A DNA stretch of 64,000 nt from Anaerohalosphaeraceae bacterium (GCA_050309605.1 JBNRMN010000020.1:1-64000); one strand, 5' to 3'; shown: positions 20,782 through 30,530, numbered from the stretch's first letter. A program made the numbers and translations. Notes: generated by a model from the letters alone, not told the origin.

Positions 20782-20810
20782 TTCGCTTGCCTGCGGTCGG
20801 CTGTCTGCGA

Positions 20811-21998
20811 TCAACGTAAAAAATCCAGCAGCGACATTCGAAACATTTTTGAGGCAACATTCAGCGACATTTCATACAACACCGAATAACGCGCCAGATC
20901 AATCGCCACCTGTGTTACATCGGCGTCATACAACCGGCTGATTTCCTCGTCCGTATTCAGTTTCATCTCGTCAATGCTGTCTCTCAGACTGGTCAGAGTT
21001 TGCACCCGTCCGCCGACGATTGGAAACGCCCGCACGACTTTTTCCTCGACATTCTGCATCAGGGTCACTGTCCCGGCAATCATTTCCGTAATCTGCGATT
21101 CGGACAGCCCTTCGGCGTTGTTGAGCAAATCCCGTGCGCTGATCAATATATTGAACATATCAAAGGTTCCGGCCGCACGAACCGGCTCTTTGCCTTCGGA
21201 GGTGATATTGGTCGCATCCACATAGAGCACTTCATCGGTCGTCGGGTTAATCACCGCCACGTTGGTTTTGTTTTCATCGGTTACCGCCACCCAGTGCGCC
21301 CCGTCAAGGGACAATTCGTAACTGCCGCCCGCTTCTCTGATGTTCAGAAATACATCGCCGCGTATATTCGAGGCGCCGGATCCGGGCGCAGCACCGGTGT
21401 CGCCGAAGAATTCAAGGCCTTGTCGGCTGTCGGCGCCGAACAGGTCAGTGCCGACCAGCAAAGCCGACATTTCCAGGCCTTTGACAACCTCAACTTTCTG
21501 CTCCTCGCGGCTGCCCTGGTACGTAACCCGAACAATATTGCCGTCCCCGTCCCGCACGACCGCATAAGGCGGAACGCCCGAACCGGCGCCGCCGAACAGA
21601 TACTGATTCAGGCGGTCGGTATTGCACAGCGCCACCAGTTGCTCCAGTGCATTATTCAGATCGGCCGCCAGGGTACTGCGAAGCTGCTGGCTGGTGGTGC
21701 CGGATAATGTCGCCGTCAGGGAGGCTCGCGCACGGGCAATTTCATTGGTAATGCTCTGGATAACCGATGAGCTTAAATCCAGCACGCCGATGACCTCATC
21801 CAGTGTTTTCAGGTACTGCGATTTGGTGCGGCTGTCGCCCTGTAGTGCAAGCACGCCATTGGCAACGGCCGGATCTTCGGACACGCGAAGCATATTCAGC
21901 CCCGTCGCGGCTCTTTGCTGAAGCGAGGCCAGCGCGGTTGAATTTTTCGCAATCGCCCAACTGGACATTTTATAAATGGCATCCAGTGAATAACTCAT
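20811..21998 (-). CDS. flgL: Flagellar hook-associated protein FlgL
   Basis: ATG...SEDP, N....QYLFGG, C-term LYDADV..YEMSL..MSLLDFL; follows flgK. Confidence 0.92.
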   Translation of the reverse strand: MSYSLDAIYKMSSWAIAKNSTALASLQQRAATGLNMLRVSEDPAVANGVLALQGDSRTKSQYLKTLDEVIGVLDLSSSVIQSITNEIARARASLTATLSGTTSQQLRSTLAADLNNALEQLVALCNTDRLNQYLFGGAGSGVPPYAVVRDGDGNIVRVTYQGSREEQKVEVVKGLEMSALLVGTDLFGADSRQGLEFFGDTGAAPGSGASNIRGDVFLNIREAGGSYELSLDGAHWVAVTDENKTNVAVINPTTDEVLYVDATNITSEGKEPVRAAGTFDMFNILISARDLLNNAEGLSESQITEMIAGTVTLMQNVEEKVVRAFPIVGGRVQTLTSLRDSIDEMKLNTDEEISRLYDADVTQVAIDLARYSVLYEMSLNVASKMFRMSLLDFLR

Positions 21999-22024
21999 GG
22001 ATTATCCTTTCGCCCGCCGTCCGT

Positions 22025-24034
22025 TTATGACGTCAGGGTCAACACCGTCTTTTGCGTTTCATTAATTGTATTGACATATCGCGCCATGGCCTGAAACATC
22101 CGCTCATACAACATCATCAGACCCGCCTGGTCGTTGATATCCACACCGCTGATTTCTTCGCGCTGCTGCCGCAGACTGCGCAGCACGCCGTCGGCGTTTT
22201 CGTACTGCATCTGCGTGATCGAAATCTGATTGCCCAGCCCCACAGCCGTCTGACGATAATAATCTTTGATGCTGAGTGAACCCAACGATTCGAACGGCTG
22301 ATCGCCGATTTGGGCCAGCAGCACGGCGTTGTCGTTGCCGTTTTTCTCAGGGCTGCGCGTCGCGGCGATCCGGCCTCCGGCATTTTTCACGTAATCACTC
22401 ACATCCATACTGTTGGCGTCCGTTCCGGAAAAAAAGCAATTCAGGCCGACCGCCGCCAGGAATCCCGTCGGGTCCGAATCGGCAATCGCCTGAAATTCAA
22501 ATTGGTCTCCGTCCGTCAAGCAGCCCGGACTGATGCCGTTGATATTCAGGGCGATTTTGATACCGTCGGCCAGCTCCAGTGCCTGGCCCGGCGTATAACC
22601 CTGGCCGATATTGAGAATCGCCGCCTCCTCGCCCTCGGCGGTCTGAATAACCAGACGCATCGTCCCATTGCCCACTGCCGATGTTTCGCCCGGCGGCTCG
22701 GTCTCCACCGTTGCGATATAAGTCATATTGGCGGCGCCGGTGTATCGGCCGGTCATTGTAATGGTCGGTCTGGCCGACTCGGTTCCCGCACCGGAATCTT
22801 CCATCGCAAAGACGGGTTGAGAATCGACGCCCGGCAAAAAATCAAAGGCCACGCCGGCGTCTGCTGTAATGTGAATTCGTCCGCCGGAAAAGCTGCTGCT
22901 TACGCCGTCAACGGCGTTGAGCTTATCGGCGACTTCTTCAAAGGTATCATCGGAATCGATTTGGACGCCGACCCGAGTCGTCGTTCCCTCCGCATCGGTC
23001 ACCCGGACGTAAAATGTCCCGGCCTGAATCGGCGGAATGACATCCGAAACGCCGGTCCGGGGCATTGTCCATCCCGTTAAGTTGGTAAACGAGCCGTCCT
23101 GTCCGACTCCCTGCACATGTAATTGATTTGTTTCGCGAATGATCGTTCCGGCCAGCACATCAAGACGTTCATCCATATCCCGAATCAGCGTATTGCGTAA
23201 TTCAAACAGGCCGCCAAGGACGCCTCCGCGGACGTGCGTGTCATAGGCATCCGTTCCGGCCGGACGCAGTCCCAACTGGTAATACTGCTCATCATTGACC
23301 AAACCGATTTCCAGACGGGTCACCTGAGGACCAACGACGATCGACACCTCCGACGCAATGATATCAATCATCCCGTTGTCGCGGGGAATGGTGCGAATAC
23401 CGATCAGTCGTCCCAGTTCCGTAATCAGCTTGTCCCGCTGATCCAGTGTATTGTTCGGCACATTGCCGCGAATCGTCTGGTTGTAGATTTCCTGATTCAG
23501 CGACGCGATCTGCTCGGCCAGCAGGTTAATACGGTCAACGGTTGACACCGACTCGGAATACGCCATTTCGTTCAAGTTTGACGTCATCGTTGCCAGATTG
23601 TTCATCCGACTGACCAGGGTCTGAGCCTTGGAGAGCACTTCGCTTTGGAGATTCACATCTTCCGGCCGTATCGCCAGATCCTGAAAAGACGCAAAAAATT
23701 GATCAAGGGCGGTGCTCAGTCCCTCGGTACTCAGTTCACCGAACGCACTTTCTATGGTGCTCAGCATTTCGAGACGACGTTCCATCTCCGCCAGGGTGGA
23801 TTCCTGCCGAAGGATTTCCGATTCCAGGACGGTATCAATCTTGCGAATTACGCCGGCATAGCGGACGCCCTGCCCGACCATCACGCCGTTGGTATAGGCC
23901 TCCGCAGCAGGCGTCAGGTTGATCTCCTGACGATGGTAGCCTTCCGTTGCGGCATTGGCAATATTATTGCCGATGATCGTCAGCGCTCTCTGGGCTGCAT
24001 GGATTCCACTGATACCGATTTCATAACCTGCCAT
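22025..24034 (-). CDS. flgK: Flagellar hook-associated protein FlgK
   Basis: GISGIHAAQ..GNNIANAATEGYHRQ, LDQRD, ISGVDINDQ. Confidence 0.95.
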   Translation of the reverse strand: MAGYEIGISGIHAAQRALTIIGNNIANAATEGYHRQEINLTPAAEAYTNGVMVGQGVRYAGVIRKIDTVLESEILRQESTLAEMERRLEMLSTIESAFGELSTEGLSTALDQFFASFQDLAIRPEDVNLQSEVLSKAQTLVSRMNNLATMTSNLNEMAYSESVSTVDRINLLAEQIASLNQEIYNQTIRGNVPNNTLDQRDKLITELGRLIGIRTIPRDNGMIDIIASEVSIVVGPQVTRLEIGLVNDEQYYQLGLRPAGTDAYDTHVRGGVLGGLFELRNTLIRDMDERLDVLAGTIIRETNQLHVQGVGQDGSFTNLTGWTMPRTGVSDVIPPIQAGTFYVRVTDAEGTTTRVGVQIDSDDTFEEVADKLNAVDGVSSSFSGGRIHITADAGVAFDFLPGVDSQPVFAMEDSGAGTESARPTITMTGRYTGAANMTYIATVETEPPGETSAVGNGTMRLVIQTAEGEEAAILNIGQGYTPGQALELADGIKIALNINGISPGCLTDGDQFEFQAIADSDPTGFLAAVGLNCFFSGTDANSMDVSDYVKNAGGRIAATRSPEKNGNDNAVLLAQIGDQPFESLGSLSIKDYYRQTAVGLGNQISITQMQYENADGVLRSLRQQREEISGVDINDQAGLMMLYERMFQAMARYVNTINETQKTVLTLTS

Positions 24035-24055
24035 CGAAATACGACTCCCGACTCG

Positions 24056-24586
24056 TTACAGTTTCATACTCACAAGACCGTGATGGACATCCCATTGCCC
24101 CTGCCCCTGGGGGCCATAGGTTACCGTCTGCCGATCCTCACCGAGAATAGCAGCAAGCAATAAGCGGTTGCACCGGGCACATTCACGCAGCAGCAATTCG
24201 GTCATCTCGGCTTCGTGCCGGACGCGACCGGCCAGCTCAAGCAGGGTCTGCTGCTTTTGCCGCAGGACGGCACGACATGAACCCTGAAGGCAATCGCACA
24301 ATCCCGACAGGGTCACCGGCGCACCGAGCGAATCAAATACCTCGGTCAGCCGCCGTTCGATTCGCTGCTGGGCCGCATCTAAACGCTGATGTTCTCGCGT
24401 GTCCTGCTGCACCTGTTCGAGCAATTGCGTCAGTGTCGGTTCATCGCGTCGAATCACCGCAGCCCGCAACTGGCCGAGACGATCCAGGGTCGTGAGCAAT
24501 TCGGCCTGACGGGCGTCAAGAAAGACCTCCAGTTCATCTATAATCGCCTGCTGTTGTGTTTGGTTATACGTGCTATATGTGTTCAT
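24056..24586 (-). CDS. flgN: Flagellar export chaperone FlgN
   Basis: Helical protein between flgJ and flgK with a C-terminal TYGPQG motif. Confidence 0.75.
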   Translation of the reverse strand: MNTYSTYNQTQQQAIIDELEVFLDARQAELLTTLDRLGQLRAAVIRRDEPTLTQLLEQVQQDTREHQRLDAAQQRIERRLTEVFDSLGAPVTLSGLCDCLQGSCRAVLRQKQQTLLELAGRVRHEAEMTELLLRECARCNRLLLAAILGEDRQTVTYGPQGQGQWDVHHGLVSMKL

Positions 24587-24959
24587 TCAATCGGCTTCCT
24601 TCGGCCGGAAAACGCGCGGTATCGATCCCCTGCGTTCGGGCCATATCTTCATAGATCATCTTCCACAATCCGACACCGCCGTTCTGTCCGAGGGCGTCGG
24701 CCATAAACGAACCTGCCAATCCCTGAATTTGGTCGCCTGCATTATCCTCTTCGTCCAGCGAGGTGTAATTAATTGTTTCATTCATCTGCTTGATGACCTG
24801 ATGCAGCAGCAGCGTTTCAAACCGACGGGCAGTCGAACGAAGCGCTTCAGCGCGGCGCGACGTGTCCTGTGCTTCGCCCTGCGGCGGCATATCGTGCAGA
24901 CACATCCGAGTCGGCTCGACCGCCGGTTTATGGAGCAGCGGTTGTGTACTATCCATCAA
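24573..24959 (-). CDS. flgJ: Rod-binding protein (single-domain FlgJ)
   Basis: LRSTARRFETLLLHQVIKQM..GGVGLWKMIYEDM; no muramidase domain. Confidence 0.85.
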   Translation of the reverse strand: MMDSTQPLLHKPAVEPTRMCLHDMPPQGEAQDTSRRAEALRSTARRFETLLLHQVIKQMNETINYTSLDEEDNAGDQIQGLAGSFMADALGQNGGVGLWKMIYEDMARTQGIDTARFPAEGSRLNEHI

Positions 24960-24967
24960 GATCTCCC

Positions 24968-26125
24968 TTACATCATCTCCAGCCGGGCGTGCAGTGCACC
25001 GGCCCGATTCAGTGCATCAAAAATGGCAATCAGGTCGCGCGGCGAAGCGCCGATAGCGTTCAGTGCATTGGCCAGCTCCTCAACCGTTACCGTTCGCGGC
25101 ATTCGAATCAGCGACCCTTCGCGCTCTTCAACGGCAATCGCCGTGTCATCCACAATGGCTGTGGTCGCGCCTTCGGTAAACGGCGTGGTCGGCTGCGAGA
25201 CAGTTTTTTGCTCTTTGACGCGGACGACCAGGCCGCCCTGGGCGACCGCCGTTTCGGAAATTGTGACATTGCCGCCGACGACAATCGTTCCGGTCCGTTC
25301 ATTGATCACGACAATCGCCGGCACATCGACCTCCACGTCCATCTGCATAATGGCGTCCACAAACTGAACCTGGCGGTCAATGCCGATCTCGTCCGGTATT
25401 TTCACCCGAATCGTACCGGGGTCTGAGGCGTAGGCACTGTCGGGATAAACGCTGTTGACAGCCTGACGAATCCGCTCGGCGGTTGTGAAATTTTCTTTGC
25501 GAAGCCGCAGCGTCACAATGCGATGCTGACCGACCACTTCGACAAAATGCGACAGCGCTGAGCGTTCGACATTGGCGCCATTGGGGATACGCCCCACAGT
25601 GGGATGATTTTTGGTCACCCGACTGCCCGTTCGGCCTTCGACATTCCATGAGTTGGTCGAGATGGCCGCCACCCGCGCGACCGCATATACCTGGCTGTCC
25701 AATCCTTTCAATTCCGTCGCCAGCAGCATCCCGCCCTGCAGACTCTTGGCATCGCCGAGCGCCGAGACGGTAATATCAATCGTCGCCCCTTCCTGATCCC
25801 ACGGCCCCAGCTCGGCGGTAACCATCACCAGGGCAATATTGGCCGATCGTAAATCGGCCGGGGACAGCGTAACGCCCGCCTCACGCCGCAGCAGACTGGT
25901 CAGCATCTGGGCGCTGGGCAGGGCACTGTCGCCGGTGCCGTTCAACCCCACCACCAGACCGGTCCCCATCAGGGGATTGCTGCGAATCCCGTGCACATCC
26001 ACCACATCGCCGATTCGCGCGGCACAGAGCATGGGGCCGCCTATCATCAGCACCAGGCCCATAACGCATCGCACGAATCTGAGTCGGTCGGACGCAACGC
26101 CTTGTAAATTCTGCCAAGTGTTCAT
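24968..26125 (-). CDS. flgI: Flagellar P-ring protein FlgI
   Basis: GTGLVVGLNGTGD, NIALVMVTAEL, DAKSLQGG, VINERTGTIV, AGALHA. Confidence 0.96.
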   Translation of the reverse strand: MNTWQNLQGVASDRLRFVRCVMGLVLMIGGPMLCAARIGDVVDVHGIRSNPLMGTGLVVGLNGTGDSALPSAQMLTSLLRREAGVTLSPADLRSANIALVMVTAELGPWDQEGATIDITVSALGDAKSLQGGMLLATELKGLDSQVYAVARVAAISTNSWNVEGRTGSRVTKNHPTVGRIPNGANVERSALSHFVEVVGQHRIVTLRLRKENFTTAERIRQAVNSVYPDSAYASDPGTIRVKIPDEIGIDRQVQFVDAIMQMDVEVDVPAIVVINERTGTIVVGGNVTISETAVAQGGLVVRVKEQKTVSQPTTPFTEGATTAIVDDTAIAVEEREGSLIRMPRTVTVEELANALNAIGASPRDLIAIFDALNRAGALHARLEMM

Positions 26126-26138
26126 TGGGTATCAGTCC

Positions 26139-26759
26139 TCAGAACGGCCAAATCTTATCCAGCAAACCGCCCAGCCAGCCGGGTTTGTTATAATCGTCGG
26201 TAACGCCTTCACTGACAGCGACCAACTGGAAATTGGCCACTCGTTCACTGCGAACCAGGTTGCCGAACTGGATGTCGCTGGGCCGCACGATGCCGCTGAC
26301 CTGGATTATCTGCTTGTCCTTATTCACGTCGCGGCTGCGTGTGCCGATGACCACCAGATTCCCGTTGGGATGAATATCCATCACCACGACGGTGATCGAA
26401 TCTTCAATCGATCGTTCATCTTTATAATCGCTTTTGCCCTGAAGGCTCTTGCTCGACTGCAAATCCACATTGACCTCGGGCACTTTGGGCATCACATGCT
26501 CAATGCTGATGTCGTTTGCCCCGACGCCCAATTTCCGACTGCTGTCGCGGGACAGATCGCGTTTGACCTTGTTGTCCACTTTGTGGTCTTCGCTGATGAC
26601 AATCGTCAGCAAATCACCGATCTGATTGGCCTTGTCGTCGGCATACAGCGGCTTGCTGGTCTGTGTACGGCGCGCCCAAATCGATGCGGCCGGCGCTGTC
26701 GAACCGCACATCAGCAGTATCACCATAACCCATACGATCTGCTTTTTGTTCCGTATCAT
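26139..26759 (-). CDS. flgH: Flagellar L-ring protein FlgH
   Basis: LYADDKA..IGDLLTI, PNGNLVV.G, SGIVRPSDI, C-term PGWL..WPF. Confidence 0.95.
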   Translation of the reverse strand: MIRNKKQIVWVMVILLMCGSTAPAASIWARRTQTSKPLYADDKANQIGDLLTIVISEDHKVDNKVKRDLSRDSSRKLGVGANDISIEHVMPKVPEVNVDLQSSKSLQGKSDYKDERSIEDSITVVVMDIHPNGNLVVIGTRSRDVNKDKQIIQVSGIVRPSDIQFGNLVRSERVANFQLVAVSEGVTDDYNKPGWLGGLLDKIWPF

Positions 26760-26774
26760 TGTGTTTTCCTTTCG

Positions 26775-27737
26775 TCAAAGTACCGGTTCTACTGTTCCGT
26801 CAGCCTGTACACGACAGACAATGATGCGCTCATGGGGCCGCTGTCCGCGCCGCACACGAATCGTTTCACCGACCCGTCCCTCGTCCATCGCCTCGCCATG
26901 CGCCGAAACAAACAACGCGCCGTTGTCGATCCGCACCATGACAAGCTGACGTCGGCGAACAACAACGGGACCTTGCGGGGATTCAAGCAGTGCGTCGGAG
27001 ATGACCGACCCTTCGGCGATGCGTCGGGTGGTTGCCATCCCGTAAGGCGCTGTCCAGTCGGCCTGTTCGGGCTGATCACTTGAAATTGTTTCAATGCGTA
27101 TGTTTTCGCTGGTCAGCACCGTTCCCGGCGGCAATTCCTCAGCCGCAATGATCCGACGGACCTGATACTGCACATTGAAATAGACATCTTCGGAGCCGAC
27201 CGTTTCGCCGTCCTGCAAAATCGCCACCCGAATCCGCCGCAGACTGCCGCCCTGCCGGCTGTCTTCGATCACCGTCAACTCCGCTGCGCCGCGGTCGGTA
27301 CTGAGAATCTGCGGCTGCGGCGGGCGGACAAGAATCGCTTCGGCAGCCTTTTGATCAGTGAGACGATTTTCAAGATAGCGCTTTGCGCAGGCCGTAATCT
27401 GATCGGCTGAAATCGCCATTTCATGCCGTCTGATCCGCACTGTATCAGCTCCGCGTATCCGTACCTGCGCGGGGCGAATCCCGTCGGAAGCCAATCGGCT
27501 CAAAATCGTGTTGCGGTCCACCAGCAACGTCTGCCCGTCCATCGCAAATGATCCCAGCGTAATGGACTGCGCTTTTTCGATTAATGCCGCATCGCCCAGC
27601 AGAATGCCGACGCGCCCCAGCTCGACCGTCTGGTCGTCCAGCCGGATATCCTGCGGCAGATAAATCTGAAGCGGTCGTTCGGCTGCTGCTGCACCGAGGA
27701 CAAGCCATCCGATTATCCATAGCCTGCTATTGTACAT
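26775..27737 (-). CDS. flgA: Flagellar P-ring chaperone FlgA
   Basis: Signal peptide, SAF-like region, C-term GEAMDEGRVGETIRVR; lies between flgG and flgH. Confidence 0.9.
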   Translation of the reverse strand: MYNSRLWIIGWLVLGAAAAERPLQIYLPQDIRLDDQTVELGRVGILLGDAALIEKAQSITLGSFAMDGQTLLVDRNTILSRLASDGIRPAQVRIRGADTVRIRRHEMAISADQITACAKRYLENRLTDQKAAEAILVRPPQPQILSTDRGAAELTVIEDSRQGGSLRRIRVAILQDGETVGSEDVYFNVQYQVRRIIAAEELPPGTVLTSENIRIETISSDQPEQADWTAPYGMATTRRIAEGSVISDALLESPQGPVVVRRRQLVMVRIDNGALFVSAHGEAMDEGRVGETIRVRRGQRPHERIIVCRVQADGTVEPVL

Positions 27738-27739
27738 GC

Positions 27740-27788
27740 TCTAACCTCTGATTTCTAACCTCTGTCTTCTGACCTCTGATCTCTGCCG
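27740..27788. repeat. Degenerate 7-bp tandem repeat, 7 units
   Basis: TCTAACC TCTGATT TCTAACC TCTGTCT TCTGACC TCTGATC TCTGCCG filling the flgG-flgA spacer. Confidence 0.85.
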
Positions 27789-27796
27789 TCAATCCA

Positions 27797-28579
27797 TTAC
27801 CGTATCAGCATATTCAATTGCTGGAGCATATTGTCACCGGTTCGGATCGCGCGGGAATTGATTTCATAAGCCCGCTGAGCCGTAATCAGATTGACCAGCT
27901 CGTTGACCATCTGAACATTGGACTTCTCAAGATACTGTGACAATATCGTGCCAAAACCGTTCTCGCCGGGCGTGCCTGTAACGGCCGCGCCGCTGGCCTC
28001 GGTTTCACGAAAGAGATTGCCGCCTTCGGCGGTCAAACCGGCCGGATTCGAAAACCGATAAAGCTGGATCGAGCCGACAACCTGCGTGCCGGTGTAGGTC
28101 TCCACGCTGACTGTTCCGTCAGAGGCGATATCGACCGCCAGCGCATCTTCCGGAATGGTAATCGCGGGGCTGAGCTGATAGCCGCCGGCGTTAACCAACA
28201 GACCGTCGGCGTCCTTTTGAATGGCGCCGTCTCGTGTATAGCGCAATTCGCCGTTGGGCAGCGTCACCTGGAAAAATCCGTCGCCCTGAATCGCCATATC
28301 CAATTCATTTCCGGTGCGCTGAAATTCGCCCACCGTAAAGGCGCGATTCGTCGAGGCAATCTGCACACCGCTGCCGACCTCCATTCCGCTGGGGGCGGTC
28401 ACACCGGCTGAAATCTCGCGGCTGGCCTGACGCATCTTGACATACAGCAAATCCTGAAAGTTCACCTGCTGGCGCTTATAGCCGTTGGTGTTGACATTCG
28501 CCAGATTGTTGGCGATCACGTCCACCATCGTCTGCTGGGCATCCATGCCCGTCGCGGCAGTTGAAAAGGCTCTGAGCAT
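27797..28579 (-). CDS. flgG: Flagellar basal-body rod protein FlgG
   Basis: AATGMDAQQ..IANNLANVNT.GYK..FQDLLY, YTRDG, LEKSNV..LITAQRAYEINS. Confidence 0.97.
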   Translation of the reverse strand: MLRAFSTAATGMDAQQTMVDVIANNLANVNTNGYKRQQVNFQDLLYVKMRQASREISAGVTAPSGMEVGSGVQIASTNRAFTVGEFQRTGNELDMAIQGDGFFQVTLPNGELRYTRDGAIQKDADGLLVNAGGYQLSPAITIPEDALAVDIASDGTVSVETYTGTQVVGSIQLYRFSNPAGLTAEGGNLFRETEASGAAVTGTPGENGFGTILSQYLEKSNVQMVNELVNLITAQRAYEINSRAIRTGDNMLQQLNMLIR

Positions 28580-28601
28580 TGTGATTCTCCTGCGTTAAAC
28601 G

Positions 28602-29342
28602 CTATGCGGTTCGTGCAACTTCCAGCAGTGTCGCCGAGTTTTCACGATTTTTCCGAAGTACGTTGATATTGGCCTCATACAAACGCGATAACGAAATCAA
28701 ACTGGTCAGTTCGTGTACCATCTGCACATTCGAATTTTCCTTATATCCCTGCCGAATCTTCGTATCGGCCGCTTCCTGCGGCGGTAAATCCTCCGGCGCA
28801 CGGAAACAGCCGTGTCCGGCCGGGGTCAATTCATCGACAGCATCGCCGAATTCAACCACCCGAATACGCCCCATCTGCATCTGCTCGGTGCGCACCGTTC
28901 CGTCAGCGTCAATGCGAATGTCGCTTTCCATCACCGCATTGGGAATCACGATCGGCCCGTTTTGGCCGGATACCAGCCGACCCGAACTGTCCACAAGCTG
29001 ATTCAGCAGATTGATCGACAGCGCGCCGTTGCGGGTATAAAGCGGCCCCTGCGGCGTATCCAGCGCAATGAATCCCTTTCCTTCCAGCGCTATATCCAGC
29101 GGTCGCTCGGTTCGCATCAGGGCGCCCTGCGTAAAATCAATCGCTCCCTGCGCATCAATTCGCCCGTTGAGCAGGCTGCGCTCTTCACCCAGCCGCTGCT
29201 GCCGCTCCAGCTCCGCGCTGAAGGCGTTGACGCGGCGTTTGAACCCCGCTGTGCCGCTGTTGGCCAGATTATGCGTCACCGTCTCATATTCATTCATCAG
29301 CGCCTGAAGTCCCGTCGCCATTTGACTGATCGGCGTTGTCAT
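28602..29342 (-). CDS. flgF: Flagellar basal-body rod protein FlgF
   Basis: HNLANSGTAGFK, DFTQG, LDIALEGKGF, YTRNG, ENSNV; start 29342 after GGAGG. Confidence 0.9.
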   Translation of the reverse strand: MTTPISQMATGLQALMNEYETVTHNLANSGTAGFKRRVNAFSAELERQQRLGEERSLLNGRIDAQGAIDFTQGALMRTERPLDIALEGKGFIALDTPQGPLYTRNGALSINLLNQLVDSSGRLVSGQNGPIVIPNAVMESDIRIDADGTVRTEQMQMGRIRVVEFGDAVDELTPAGHGCFRAPEDLPPQEAADTKIRQGYKENSNVQMVHELTSLISLSRLYEANINVLRKNRENSATLLEVARTA

Positions 29343-29343
29343 C

Positions 29344-30516
29344 TCAGGATACCTCCGCAAATGTATTTTCGTTTTCCTGATCGGCCGCCGCGGACGCCGA
29401 CCGACCGATCAGTTGGTTGGTCACACGCACCAATTCAGCCACGGCCTGATCATTCAATCCCACCAATTCGATAATCGCCGTCCGTCCCAACGGCGTCTGT
29501 CGCACATCACGCACCAGCGCAATGTCCTGCACGATCCGTTTCGGCTCCAGCTCGAATACCACCAGCACACGATCTTTTACCGTTAATTCAAGATCGCTAT
29601 GGACGCGCAGCGACGGGCCGGAAATCTCGTTGATTTGCGCATCAAAAAACACCGGACGCAAATCGTCGGCCTCCTGAGTGCTGCGAAACAGCGGCAGTCG
29701 CGCAACGGCGGCATTTTTTCGCACCGCCACACGCGGAAATCGCCTTCGATTCACAAAATGAACACGATCCGAGTGGTTCATTTCCAGCCCCTTGTCCGAT
29801 GCGGCCAGGGTAATAGCTTCCAGTTCCCACGTAACCGTACCGATCTCATACCGCAATCGCCACATTTGTCCCGGCTGACAGGCCAGCGGGATCTCCGGCC
29901 TGACGATGAATTCATACCGGTCGTTGGCCACAACTTGCCCCTGTACCTGTTGGCTCTCGTCATGCCCTGCCAGCGACAGCCGCACAGCGGTGCCGACCGG
30001 AATGTGACGACTGCTCTGTTCTTTTACACTGCGCGGTCTGCTGACCGGCGCCGGCTTGACATAACCGAGTTTTTCCTTGATCGAATACACCGCCGCCTGA
30101 AGCCGTTTGCGATAAACCAAATTATGTCCGTCGGCAAAGACATCCTGCATCAGCCGAGCCAACCCGTTTTCAAACGCATCGGCGTGATGAAACACGGCGT
30201 CTTTTTGCGCAAATCCCGTGCGAACGGCAATCGCGTCCAGAATCTCACGCTCGGCGGCAGTCAATTGCATCCGATCCGACAATTCATCGTAACGCTGCTG
30301 CATCAGACGTTTTTCTTTTTCAATCCGCATCCGATGCACCACCACCAGCAGCAGCACCAGAATGAAGATCATTGACCAGCCCAACAGCACAAACCACTTG
30401 TTGGTAAACAGGCTCTGCCCGCCGGCATCCAGCCGCCGCATCGCTTCAAACCGCTCATAGGGCGTCAACTGCCCGGCCAGACCGATCCATACAGATTGAA
30501 ATAACAATAAAGACAT
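29344..30516 (-). CDS. Membrane-anchored YcgR/PilZ-domain protein
   Basis: N-terminal TM helix (WFVLLGWSMIFILVLLLVVV), NRRRFPR switch motif, EISGPS second motif, C-terminal beta-barrel pattern. Confidence 0.75.
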   Translation of the reverse strand: MSLLLFQSVWIGLAGQLTPYERFEAMRRLDAGGQSLFTNKWFVLLGWSMIFILVLLLVVVHRMRIEKEKRLMQQRYDELSDRMQLTAAEREILDAIAVRTGFAQKDAVFHHADAFENGLARLMQDVFADGHNLVYRKRLQAAVYSIKEKLGYVKPAPVSRPRSVKEQSSRHIPVGTAVRLSLAGHDESQQVQGQVVANDRYEFIVRPEIPLACQPGQMWRLRYEIGTVTWELEAITLAASDKGLEMNHSDRVHFVNRRRFPRVAVRKNAAVARLPLFRSTQEADDLRPVFFDAQINEISGPSLRVHSDLELTVKDRVLVVFELEPKRIVQDIALVRDVRQTPLGRTAIIELVGLNDQAVAELVRVTNQLIGRSASAAADQENENTFAEVS

Positions 30517-30530
30517 CGTTTAACACATCA

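Noticed and set aside
20811..21998. Flagellin fliC
   Set aside because: Position after flgK, YLFGG and the SLLDFL ending indicate FlgL; no flagellin gene is in the window.
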